Assembly (NCBI RefSeq): GCF_037042905.1
Contig: NC_087246.1
Span: 7,690,001-7,754,000 of the forward strand
Length of the DNA: 64,000 nucleotides
Source: Lytechinus pictus
Taxonomy: Eukaryota
Direction of reading: 5' to 3'
Position 1 is the stretch's first letter. Every line of letters starts with the position of its first letter. Below are positions 23,880 through 35,940 of the stretch, piece by piece. Made by a program: the position numbers and the translations under genes. The notes under the pieces were generated by a model. That model was not told the DNA's origin. It worked only from the letters and a program-made list of their open reading frames with translations, and searched no databases.

Positions 23880-26353
23880 TACCCCTTTTCCACTAGGGCC
23901 AGGACGCGAAATTATTTTTCCCACCGAGTTCTGGACCGACATATGAATATTCATGACTTGCGTCTTCGGATTGAGAGTACGCATGCGCGTGGACTTGGCC
24001 TCGACCAGTGCCGATCGTAAGCATTCACGTTGCTCACAATGAATTATCATCATCAAATTACCGGTACCCTTACATAGTTACATAGGCCTTATAGGCTTAA
24101 ATCTATATTATTATATGCATCCAATTCTTAAACACTTATCAAAGTAGCTGCCATTAATGGCAAGACATGTGCTAGGGTAATGCTAGCTTAGGCTAGCGCA
24201 TTAACTTTACCTCAGATCTGGACCTGTCTAATGCCTAATAATAGGAATAGCCGACTAATGCCATGGTTAACTTCGAACTTGTTAATTCCGAACTTTACGT
24301 TTGATTAGGTTTCCGTTTGGACCAATATTAGCTTATTTACCATGGTTTGATATGTCTAGTCCGTATACAGAACCAGTCCTAGATCTAAAATAAACATCTT
24401 AGTTCTAGTCTAGTCTCTAGATCTAGACTCTGATCTACGCGCAATCAGCATGGAACCACTACTAGTGTACCAAGGGGGGGGCAGACTGCCCCCTGACGAG
24501 TCACAACTGATTCAGGGGACGTGCCCCCCTTGAGAAGCCAAATTAATAATTTGTAATGTCAAAATGCGACGAAAAAAGACGTATGTCCCCTCTTTTGAAT
24601 GTGAAGATCTTTTTTTTTCTTGTCAATTTTTTTTCAGCTACGAAATTCTTAATTTTGGGTGAAGACGGGGATCAAGATCACTGACGTTAGAGTACGTTCC
24701 ATACACGCACTGGTGTACCTGTTAGAATTTTCCAAAAGGGGGGCAAATTTTTTAGAGGATATTTCGTCTGCGAAAAAATGTGACAATCCCCCCCCAAAAA
24801 AGGGTCTTCACCCCAAATTATGGATTTCTTAGCTGAAAAAAAATGACAAGCAAAAAAAAAGATCTTCACGTTCAAAAAAGGGGACATATACGTCTTTTTA
24901 TTGCATTTTACATTACAAATTATTAATTTGGCTTCTCAAAGGAGGCACGTTCCCTGAATCAGTTGTAACTCGTCAGAGGGGCAGTCTCACCCCACCCCCC
25001 CCCCCTTGGTACACTAGTGGTTCCATGCTGATACAGCGTAGATCAGAGTCTAGATATAGAGACTAGACTAGAACTAAGATAATTATTTTAGATCTAGGAC
25101 TGGTTCTGTATACGGACTTGACATACTAAACCATGGCAAATAACCTAATCAAACGTAAAGTTCGGAAATTTTAACAAGTTCGAAGTTAACCATGGCATTA
25201 GTCGGCTATTCCTATAGTATTATTCATTAGGCAGGTCCAGATTTGAGGTAAAGTTAATGCGCTAGCCTAAGCTAGCCCTACCCTAACACATGTCTTGCCA
25301 TTAATGTCAGCTAGTTTGATAAGTGTTTAAGAATTGGATGTATATATAGATCTAAGCCTATAAGGCCTATGTAACTATGTAATTTGACGATGCTAATTCA
25401 TTCTGAGCAACGTGAACGATCGGCACTGGTCGAGGCAGAGTCCACGCGCATGCGTACTCTCAATCCGAAGACGCAATCATGAATATTCATATGTCGGTCC
25501 AGAACTCGGTGGGAAAAATAATTTCGCGGCCAGGACAGCGTCAGGACAAGGCGCGGAATGTAATAATTGCAATCCGCGACAGTTCCGCAACCTGTCCGGA
25601 CATTTCTAGGAGTGTCCGCACGCTGTCCTAAACCCATCCTGGTGTTCGGGAAATCAAAATTTGTCCGCATCCAATTTTACCCCTTTTCCACTATGGCAAG
25701 GACGGCGTCAGGACAAGGCGCGGAATGTAAATATTGTAATCCGCGACCCTTCCGCAACCTGTCCGGACATTCCTAGGGGTGTCCGCACGTTGTCCTAAAC
25801 CCTTCCTGGTGTTCGGGAAATCAAAATTTGTCCGCATCCAAATTTTGGTCTCGACCAAAATTTGGACGCGGATTTTGAATTCCTGACACCTTCGGGACCC
25901 TGTCCTGACGATGTCCTGATGATGTCCAGCCCTTCCTAAACCCTTCCGCGTGTTCCGGAAACCATCCGCGATCAGGTCAGCTTCACAAAGCAAAGAATGA
26001 TGACAAGCGGAATGTGTTAGGAATGCGCGGACAGGAGTAAGAAGGCAACGGAATGTTTCAGGACTGTGCGGATCTAAAGTGAGCGATTTGACGAAAGCTG
26101 CCAGCAATGGTCATTGTAAAAAGAAAAGAAAAAGAAAGAGGCAGCGTATCAAAATTTAAGACGACAAAAGGGCAAAATAAAAGACATTCCCAAGAATGTC
26201 CTGGGACAAAACGCAGACAGTCCTGGTTATGTCCTCGGACGAGTTCATTTGCATAATCTTTTTCGGGATTTGGTGCGGACAGCATGCCGAAATGACAAAA
26301 GTTGCTTCCGCAAGCCTTCCTGGTCTTGTCCGCGCCCTAGTGGAAAACCGCCT
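23880..26353. mobile_element. PIF/Harbinger-like non-autonomous element with an internal inverted duplication
   Basis: TAA|TACCCCTTTTCCACTAGGGC...GCCCTAGTGGAAAACCGCCT|TAA; internal direct repeat ~25530-25680 / ~25700-25850. Confidence 0.7.
24708..25019. mobile_element. hAT-like MITE related to 17197-17481, reversed; a partial mirror copy lies at ~24460-24665
   Basis: CACTGGTGTACC...GGTACACTAGTG termini; shared CTGCCCCCTGACGAGTCACAAC block. Confidence 0.7.
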
Positions 26354-26419
26354 TAACGTACGCACGAACGCGAGAACAATAGGTGGGCACTGATCCGTTG
26401 CGTCGGTGTGCGGTGCGGC

Positions 26420-26600
26420 CGGTAATCCTTATATGCAAATAAGCCGGGGGTATATGCAAATACGCCATGGGTCGGCAATATGCAAATGAGACCAAATTGG
26501 CGGGCTCGCTAGATTCCCGTGGGTGGGGGTTGACTAGCTGAGCGGTCCCTCGTTCGGGGCCGGGAACGATCGGGTCGGCGTGCACCGCCAGGTAAGGAGA
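26420..26600 (+). promoter_or_regulatory. Candidate promoter / first exon: three octamer motifs, a GC-rich segment and a splice donor
   Basis: ATGCAAAT at 26433, 26454 and 26480; CpG-rich to ~26590; CAG|GTAAGG at 26589-26597. Confidence 0.3.
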
Positions 26601-27158
26601 TATTGTGCTGTCGGATGGTTCGCATCCAGAAATAGGGGATGTCGATCCCGCTGTGTCTGTTGAAGTTGTTAGGACAAAGGGTGACCCGACAATTGCTCCG
26701 CCGACAACTGCTACGCAAAATACGACAACTGCTCCGGACAGTTGCTCCGCCGACAGTTGCTCCGTCGACACTTGCTCCGCCGATATTTGCTCCGTCGACA
26801 CTTGCTCCGCCGATATTTGCTCCGTCGACATATGCTCCGCCGATATTTGCTCCGCCGACATCTGCTCCGCCGAAAATTGCTCCGCCGACATCTGCTCCGA
26901 TTATACGACAATTGCTCCACCAATATTTGCTCCGCCGATAATTGCTCCGCCGACATCTGCTCCGCCAAAAATTGCATCGCGACAATTGCTCCGCCAACAT
27001 CTGCTCCGCCGTAAATTGCTCCGATATTGCGACATTTAAATTTATTCGTACTTTCATGCGCATAACAATTGTAGCACAGGATGAAGACGTCAATTTACAA
27101 ATGTGTATATTATAATATATATATTGCAAAGTGAATTTAATATATTACATGACATGCA

Positions 27159-27565
27159 CAGGGGCCGCGGATCCGTTTTCAAAGTGGGGGCTGACCATGC
27201 TAAAAATCACAATCATATGGTCATTTTTACGTTTTAATAATAATAATGTTCTAAAGCGCCAAATCCACATTGATTATGTGCTCAAGGCGCTGAAATATAC
27301 TTGGTATATTATTATTACCCCGGCTGTAGCTGAGCGGCCATATAGGCGCTAAAGCATTCAAGCAATAAGTCCTAACGGGTACCCATTCACCTCACCTGGG
27401 TCGAGTGCAGCACAATGTGGATAAATTTCTTGCTGAAGGAAATTACGCCATGGCTGGGATTCGAACCCACGACCCTCTGTTTCAAAGTCCGAAGACTAAT
27501 CCACTGGGCCACAACGCTCCATGGTACATGGTTTTGGAAAAAGGCCCCCGGTTCCGCGGCCCCTA
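27159..27565. mobile_element. Small hAT-like MITE hosting a SINE
   Basis: CAGGGGCCGCGGA...TCCGCGGCCCCT termini; no clear TSD. Confidence 0.55.
27235..27520 (-). mobile_element. tRNA-derived SINE
   Basis: GGAGCGTTGTGGCCCAGTGG (A box), GGTTCGAATCCC (B box), conserved body, (ATT)n tail; second copy at 47661. Confidence 0.88.
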
Positions 27566-28479
27566 ATACATAACATAGAAAGAAATAGAAAAAAAAGGAT
27601 AAGCACAAAGGAGGAATGGATATTCTTAATTCTTATTCCTTGGGTGGCATTTGTTAAGGTTTTATTTCGTGCATGGTGATTGAAATGAAAAAAATACGCG
27701 TGCTCATGTAATTATTATGACGGGACAAAAAAATACTTCTTAGCGTCAAAATCGCTCTGGCGAAATATTCTCCGGAGTGGAGATATTTGCTCCAGGTGAA
27801 ATTCAATAGGTATGCTTTATGTTAACAATAAAAAAAGCGTATAAATGTCCCCTTTCCAGGTTAATAACATCTGCTTCGTGCTCGCATTATAAATTCAGTG
27901 CGATGCGTTATTGGGTTTCATGAATATTATTACCGGTATATATATATGTATTATTGTCTTTTAAAAACAACATTATTTGTTTATACGTTATGAGAGAGAT
28001 ACATACATGTATTTATTTATTAAAATATATTTATATTGTTACTATCGCACAGAATAGAAAAAAATACAACCGAAGTCTCGTCTTATATTACTCACCAGTA
28101 GCGTAATGAGCCAAAAAATGGAGGGGGTCAGACAAGGATGACATTTAGTTTCATTTCCTTTATTCTTTTTTTTTTCATTGGTAGGGAGAATGGGGGATCC
28201 GTGACCCCTAGCACGCCCCTCCCCTATCTGTACGCCAGTGATGATCATGCTTTCGTTTGAAACAAATTGAAAGAAAAAAGGTGCAAGGGTAGATAAGGCC
28301 CAAGACGTATTAAAAAATATTGATGAAAAATATTAATAATTGTAATGCTGATAAATATACAATATATCAAGCGGTAACCAATGAAAATTAATAGTGTGAA
28401 AGAACAAAACGAGAAAGAGGGAGAGAAAGAGAGGGGGCTCGCGAATGTATGGTGTATAACTTGCTGGAAAGCAGAAGGG

Positions 28480-30067
28480 CAGGGGCGGATCCAGCCTTCG
28501 CCAATAGGAGGGGGAGGGGTTATAGCCATATTTTACCCGATCGGCCGCTCGAAGATGATTTTGGTTGCTTTGAAGGGGTAGTTCTAAAGTCACTTCTTAG
28601 CTTTATTCTTATAAATCAACATAAATATATAATATCATAATCCCTATTTATATAATGCGAGCGCGAAGCGCGAGCTAAATTTTTATGTATTTTTTCTTAA
28701 ATTGGAACATTCTGGTCAATGTTTTTTATCCTGAAAAAGATGTGTATGCAATTAAATAGTTACCACAAACGAGAAGCGCGAGCAGAAATGAACTGATGGA
28801 AATGGTACTTGTTAAAGATTGCTTGCAGTTAGCCATGAAGACGTTAAATACTTTAAAAATCATATAATGCGAGTGCGAAGCGCGAGCGGAAAATTTCGAG
28901 ATTTAGACCTACTGAACGAGACACTCTATTCATGTTTTGTAAACCATGAAAAGAATGAGTAATATGGGATCTTCTTAACTTGATAATGCGAGCACAAAGC
29001 GCGAGCAGAACATTTTTGATATTGTGATCTGGATAATGTTTTAAATAGAATGAACTATTTAATTTTCCGACCTAAAAAAGTCAATTTATGCTCTATATTT
29101 CAAGCACTTTGTGAATTTGTGAGGTGAATATGGATTGCACTTAATAAAGAGCTGATATGTTCTATTATTACTTTGAGTTTTGACATATATACATGTAGGA
29201 CCGGGACATCCTTAGGACATGTCAGCATATGAAAATGATAACTATTTTCCTATTCCTCTTGCTAAGCGCGAGACAAAACAAAAGGCACAATTTAATTTCT
29301 AAATTAATATCTTACTCATTAATGCCTAATGACGGCACGAAATCTGATGATATTATGGTCTGAAAACTGGACATTTCAAGCACTTTCGTAGTCATAAATA
29401 GGATGCATCAGTTAATATATTTTTAACAATGAATGCGAGCGCAAATCGCGAGCCAAATTTTTTGATAAACTATCATTAAATGGGGATTTTAAGTAGTTTA
29501 TTTGTATATTCAATATTGAGAAATACATAACTCTCCATTCAAATGCGAGCGCAGCGCTAGCTGACACGTTTTGACAATCAGACCTGAAAATGGATATTTT
29601 GAAAACTTTACGGAATACACGAAAATAATAGGTACCTGATATATAAAAATTTGCGAGTGCGCAGCGCGAGCAGAAAATATTAAAATTCAGACCATAAAAC
29701 TGACATTTTTACAGAGCACTTTTTAAAAATCAAACAATGAAAGTTCGATTCCCGAGGTGAAATATGTTTTGTATATTGACATTCAAACTTGATATTTAAA
29801 CTCCATAATTATTGAACAAGATATGAAAAATCACCTAACAGGCAATGCGAGCGCAAAGCGCGAGGCAAAATTTTATACAGTGACATGAAAGATTCTTTTT
29901 ATTTTCCAAGTCTTTCCCTCATTTTATTTTATTTACTCGTCTTCCTCCTTCTTTTTACTATTCTCTTTTGTTTTTACTCTTCTCTTTCCATGTTTTTTCT
30001 CTTTCTTTCCTTTTTTTGTTCAGCCATGGGGGGGGGGGCCTCGGCCCCTCCCCTGGATCCGCCTATG
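28480..30067 (+). mobile_element. hAT-like non-autonomous element with periodic GCGAGCGCGAAGCGCGAGC motifs
   Basis: CAGGGGCGGATCCAG...CTGGATCCGCCTATG; homologous copies at 55105-56529 (reversed) and ~37700-57818 (split). Confidence 0.82.
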
Positions 30068-31399
30068 GAATAGATATTGTGTCCAGCACCCCCCTCATGC
30101 TCTCCCCGCTCAAGACCGGATTGAAACCAATGATAATAATATATAAACAAAAATCCAGATTCACAATTAATTCCAAAGGGGAGTGTGTTATTTCCCTTTT
30201 GCGTTACAATTTATCAAATGGCGGCGTCAGGGAGAAGAATTTGTTTTTTTTTAAGCAGAAAGCTGTGATGATAGGGGAAAATTAAATAAATTAAAAAATA
30301 AGAACAAAACAACAACAAAACAATTTGTAAGATGTTCATGCAATTGTATTATCGGAGCACATGACGGCGGAGCAATTGTCGTAAAGCAAATGTCGTATAA
30401 TTGGAGCAATTTTCGGCGGAGCAATTGTCGTAAAATCGGAGCAGATGTCGGCGGAGCAAGTGTCGACGGAGCAACTGTCGGCGGAGCAACTGTCCGGAGC
30501 AATTGTCGGCGGAGCAGTTGTCGTATTTTGCGTAGCAATTGTCGGCGGAGCAGATGTCGGCGGAGCAATTGTCATGGAACCAGGACAAAGACGTAGTCTG
30601 GATGATCCGTGCAAAAATTAGCAAGAATTGTTCAAATTATGGTACAAGCATGAAATTTGGCTGACAGGTAGAATAAACAGTGCTGAACATTTTTAGCAGG
30701 GGGTGCCAACCTGACCTCTCCTCGTATAGCAACAGTTGCTAGGTAACATATTTCCGTAGCAACCACCATTTTGGGGTGTTATCTACATTTTAAAAACTAT
30801 ATTTTGACTTCGAAGTGCCAATTTTACAATCAAATATCAAGCAACGTTCCACCCATATACAGCAACAGTTGCTAAGCAACACATTTTCCATAGCAACTAT
30901 AGATAATATTACTAAATACCGTCATCTGGTCATAATATTTAAATGGAAATAGTAAAAACTTGGTCAAAGTATGAAAACTGGGAGTAAAAAATATATAATA
31001 AGCCTGAAAAGTACAAATCAGTCAAAATAATATCATATATGCATGATAATAATGGTGTCTAGGTAACAAACCTAATTTCTGATATGCATGATTTGATTAA
31101 TATGATTTTTTTTCTCCATAATATTTATTCATACATGACACAGCTAACACACTGACAAAAATCATCATTGGGTCATTGAATGTGCTTACTATTTGATGAT
31201 TATATAGGATCTCGCCTGTTATGAAAATGAGACAGGGTATTGCAGTGGATGGACTTTTAAGGCAAAGGGAAGCCGAAATTTGATTGATATGAACTAATCG
31301 TTCCCAAATGACAAAGCATCATTGGGAATCAATGGCGATAAATGCACACACACCTATTTGTCGGTAAAGTTTTGATATTTTTGACTAACTTGAAGAGCA

Positions 31400-31550
31400 T
31401 GTACAGTAGAGCTGAAACAGCCTCAAGCAGCATTGACTGTGTGTTCACTGTATAGCATGCACAGTAGACCTGAAACAGTCTAAAGCAGCATTGACAGTAT
31501 GTTCACTGTATAGCATGGACAGTAGACCTGAAAGCATCGACTGCATGTAC
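31400..31550. repeat. ~58-bp tandem repeat, about 2.5 copies
   Basis: CAGTAGA(G/C)CTGAAACAG...GCAGCATTGAC...GTTCACTGTATAGCATG repeated. Confidence 0.8.
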
Positions 31551-32479
31551 ATGTACCACTTGTGAATACATCACGAAGCAGTACATTTGTCGATTATACA
31601 ACAACACCTTTTAATAGAAATGGTTATCTCTGTAATTGACACTAATCATTAACGTCGCATCCTATCATGAAGATGAAGTGGTAATATGCAAGATATTGTA
31701 TGTTGTACCAGGACATCAGAAAAATTGGCTGGAAAATAGAAAGCAATGTAAAGGTGTTGGCACAGATCTTTCTAACCAGCTTGAAATTATTTCTTTCATC
31801 ATTCTTGCCCATTATATTTCAGCATTTTTAAACAAAACAAAACAAAAACTAATGATTCTAATCCCAAGTTTACTAGAAGCAATTGCCACTGTATGTATCT
31901 CATTTATTTTATCATAATTCTGGGCACTTGAGTCATATAATTTACATGATATTTTGTAACAGGTTCTAGATGATGAAGGAAAATAAATCAATTATATTTA
32001 CACTGTAAATTTCCAATATCTTGGACTTGGGTAGAATTCTAGCGAATTAATCGGGCATAGGGCATATATTTAGTCCAAAATTTAAGTTAAGACTGTCTGG
32101 TGTAGGTTAATCATATAAGTGTGGGAAAGCAAGACCACTGTGGAACATGCAGTATGCTCGACAAAGAATATCAGATGCAACAGTGGAATATATCAAGACA
32201 GTTAGTCATCATCCTCTTCGGTGGGACAATTACTTATTCATTAATCAAAGTGTAAAGAAACATTTCTCTCCATAAGGAAATTATATTATGAGACAAGGTG
32301 GTAGTGCCATCAGCAAAATAATTTCCATCTGAGATGGACATGCCAAGAAGTATTGGCAGGAAGGAAGATAGCATATGCTAATGTTTTGTGGCCGAGTATG
32401 GATCGCGTCGAGCCAACCAGACCTGATATCATAAGTGCTTCATATATGTAGGTGACAAAGTCAGATGCGCATAGTCCTG

Positions 32480-33520
32480 CAAGATCTATCAAGTCATGAT
32501 CAATCTTGAAGCTGCAAGATCCCAGACAAAATACCTGCAATTGGAAACAACAGGTCAAATTAACTTCTGCACGTGCTTCCAAGCTAGTCATGGATCCTGG
32601 AGCTGCAGGATTGATCCAGGTCAAAACTCCTGGAAACAGAAAGGACAGGTTCAAATCAACTTCTGCAGGATCAAGCCATGATAGATCAATCGTATAGCTG
32701 CAGAATCCAGGTCAACATGCCTAGAAACGAAACTGACATGTCCAAATCATCTCTAGCAAGATCTTTCACGTCATGATAGATTCCAGAGCTACATTAATCC
32801 AGGTCAAAAACTTGGAATAGGAACGGACAGGTCCAAATCGACCTCTACAGAAGTCACAGTGGATCATGTAGTTGCAGGATCCAGACCAACACCCCTGGAA
32901 ACGGAACTGATGGTCTAAATCGAATTTTACAGATCTTTCAAGTAATGCTAAGTCCTGGAGCTGCAGGATTGATCCAGGTCAAAACACCTAGAAAAATAAT
33001 GGACAATTCAGCTTCTGCACAAGCTTTCAAGTAATGATAGATCCATGAGCTGCAGGATCCAGGCCTGAAAACAGAACTGGCTGGTCCAAATCAACCATAG
33101 CGAAATCTTTTACGTGACGACACGTCCTGGAGCTGCAGGATTGTTCCAGGTCAAAACACCTGGAAAAAGAACGGAAAGGTCCGAATCAACTTCAGCAGGA
33201 TCAAGTCATTTAACTCCAGGATCCAGGCCAGCATGCCTATATAGAAACGGGACTGGTCTAAATTACCTCTAGCAAGATCTTTCACGTCATAATATATCTA
33301 GGAGCTGCAGGATTGTTCCATGTCAAAACACCTGGAATCGGAACTAACATGTACAAATCAACTTCTGCAGAAGTCATGATAGATAATGTAGCTGCAGGAT
33401 CCAGGCCAACAGGCCAGGAAACTGAACTGAAGGGTCCCAATCGATTCTAATAGATCTTTCACGTCATTATAGATCCTGCAGCTGCGCAGGATTGATCTAA
33501 GTCAAATCACCTGGTCAACA
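32480..33520. repeat. Degenerate tandem array, ~175-bp period made of two ~87-bp subunits
   Basis: GGAGCTGCAGGATTG..CCAGGTCAAAAC at about 32597, 32955, 33127, 33299 and 33476. Confidence 0.8.
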
Positions 33521-33791
33521 TCAACTCCTGCCCATGACATTCGGTTTGGGAACGGCATGGAGAACTAATATGATCTTCATTGCCGGCTACGGAAGGGAGT
33601 GGGTAAACAAGGCAGTGTGTTGGCTTTTAAGCGAACGACTGCTGTTAGCAAGGGATAAAGTGGTATCCAAGCACTCATTTGAAAATTATCTTCTGGCAAG
33701 ATTTCGGTGATTTAAATAATTCTAAACTTAGCTGACTTAATAAATTTTTGGTGGTCATCTCCTGGTGGTTATCTCTCCAAGATCACGTACC

Positions 33792-35130
33792 CATGGGTGT
33801 CGATCGGTATTCTTGGTTGGGGGGGATGATTGACACAAATATTCATGTGGATGGGGATCTTTCAATATTACCCCCACTAAAATCACAAGTTAGGACATTT
33901 GGGAGTGGTTGATATGCATGGTGCTCTTGGAAATTCCTTCATTGTTGCAGTGTACTGTATTTATATAATTTAAAAAAAAATTCAATTTGTGTTACATGTA
34001 AGCCCAGTGGCGTACCGTGGGTCATATCATTGGGGGGCACCAGCAAAAAATTTGAGTCACTTATGAGCGTGCAAAGCGCGCTCAGTTGCCAGGCATACTG
34101 ACCTAATATACATTTTAAGGACAATGCCATATATTAAACAGATATGTATCTCACAGATGAAATAATGCGAGCGCGAAGCGCGAGCTTAAAATTTTTGATA
34201 TTCGGACGTAAACAGGGACATTATAATCAACTTTTTGTAATCATGATACGTACCAGTCTTGCTAAACAATGCGAGCGTGAAGCGCGAGATGAAATTTTTG
34301 GATATATTGACCCCAAAAGGGAGATTTTAAGGACTATATTTAAGGAATCCACTACATATCTCACCACAGTCTTCTAATGCGAGTGCTAAGCGCTTGCTGA
34401 TTTTGTTAGAATTACACATGAAACACTGGAAGTCATTGTAATCATGATTATCAACATACGCATCTCAATAATCAAATATTGCGAGCGCGAAGCGCGAGTT
34501 GAAAATTTAGGAAATTCAGACCTGAAAAGGGGCATTTTAAAGCTTGTTTGTAGGAATTCACTGAGACCATACGTATTTCATTAACCAAATGATGCGAGCG
34601 TGAAGCGCGACTTGAAATTTTTTTATATTGAGATCAGAAAAAGGGACATTTTAAAGACTGATTCTAGGAATTCATGGAAAGCAGACATATCTCACTGATG
34701 CGAACATAAGCACTGACAAGAAATGTTTTACATTAAGACCTTAAAATGTGGCTTTAAGTAGTCATGAAAAGAAGCATACTATTGCACATAAAATAATAAT
34801 TCGAAGTGCGAGGAAGTATATTGAAAACAGGTACATAAACATTTCATTCTTTTTCATCTTGAACCTCCACCCATCTGTTTAAAAGTCCTGGAAAAGAATG
34901 TTTTTATTTAATAACAATATACACAAATTGCGAGGGAAACAAACTGATTGATGACTTACTATAATCATCTCTATAATCATCATTATCAAACTTTTCATTT
35001 TTTCATCATCATTATTACAATTTTTCTACCCTGAATTGTTGGGGGGATGATAATACAGGCCATCCCCCCACTTGAAATATTGGGGGGGATATATCCCCCC
35101 ATCCCCCCCCCCCCGTGATCGACACCCATG
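33792..35130. mobile_element. hAT-like MITE containing a partial CAGTGGCGTACCGTGGGTCA-family element (from 34005)
   Basis: CATGGGTGTCGATC...GATCGACACCCATG; 8-bp TSD CACGTACC at 33784-33791 and 35131-35138. Confidence 0.88.
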
Positions 35131-35199
35131 CACGTACCCATGACTTCCGAGGAGTTCTTGTAACCGCTCTTCTACAAGAGTGGCCTCTTGCTAAGGCCC

Positions 35200-35940
35200 C
35201 CATTCCACAGAACGAAGACCATTGAAAGACCACTGAAAGACTTAATATTGGTGAGGTCTAACAGCAATAATTCTAAACTTAGTTGACTCAATCAATTCTT
35301 GGTGGTCATCTCTTTGTGGTTATCTCTCGAAGATCAAGTACCCATGACCTCCAGGGAGTTCTTGTAACAGTTCTTCTACAAACACCATTGAAAGACCACT
35401 GAAAGACTTAAAATTGGTTAGGTCTTACAGCGGTCTTCAATATCACTGAAATTTGTCATCTCTATGGAATGGCTCAGAAAGACCCCTCAAAGAAATGTGA
35501 AAGACTGATGGACATTTCTTGTCTTACTGGTCTTAGACTAGTCCTATAGAGATCTTTCAATGGTCTTTCAGAGATCTTTTATGTAACAAGTGATCTTTCC
35601 ACGGACTTTGCCTGGTCTTTCAATGATGTTTCATGAGTCTTACAGTGATTTTCGAACAAAATCTTGAGAGACTGCCGAAAGATCATTGAAATACTATTTA
35701 GACCTTTGAAAATTCATCGAAAGACCGCTGAAAGACCACTGAAAACTCATTTTCCTGTAAGATCGCTGTAAGACTGTTTTGAACCGTTTCAAAAAGTGTT
35801 GGAGCCCATGAAAGATTGGTCAGTACACGTGCAAGACCTTAAAGACCATTATAGATTCATTGAGAGACCTCTGAAAGATCAACCAGAATTCATGGTCTTT
35901 CAAATGTATTTAAGCGGTCTTGTTCTCTCTGGAATGGGGG
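35200..35940. repeat. GAAAGAC/GTCTTTC-motif-rich interspersed repeat
   Basis: Many GAAAGACC(A/G)CTGAAA copies in both orientations; ~35260-35390 resembles ~33715-33790 joined to ~35139-35180. Confidence 0.55.

Larger units (their letters stand above)
26680..30581. mobile_element. Mutator/Foldback-like element with 15-bp tandem subterminal arrays and 9-bp TSD
   Basis: TSD AGGACAAAG at 26671-26679 and 30582-30590; (TGCTCCGCCGAnAnn)n at ~26690-27030 mirrored at ~30350-30575. Confidence 0.85.

Noticed and set aside
26337..27129. SAEQ, CSAD and APP repeat proteins, or a CRISPR-like array
   Set aside because: 15-bp contiguous tandem units without unique spacers, mirrored at the other end of a TSD-bounded transposon
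27440..27520. tRNA gene (also at 47661-47735)
   Set aside because: The tRNA-like head continues into a SINE body and tail and lacks a proper acceptor stem
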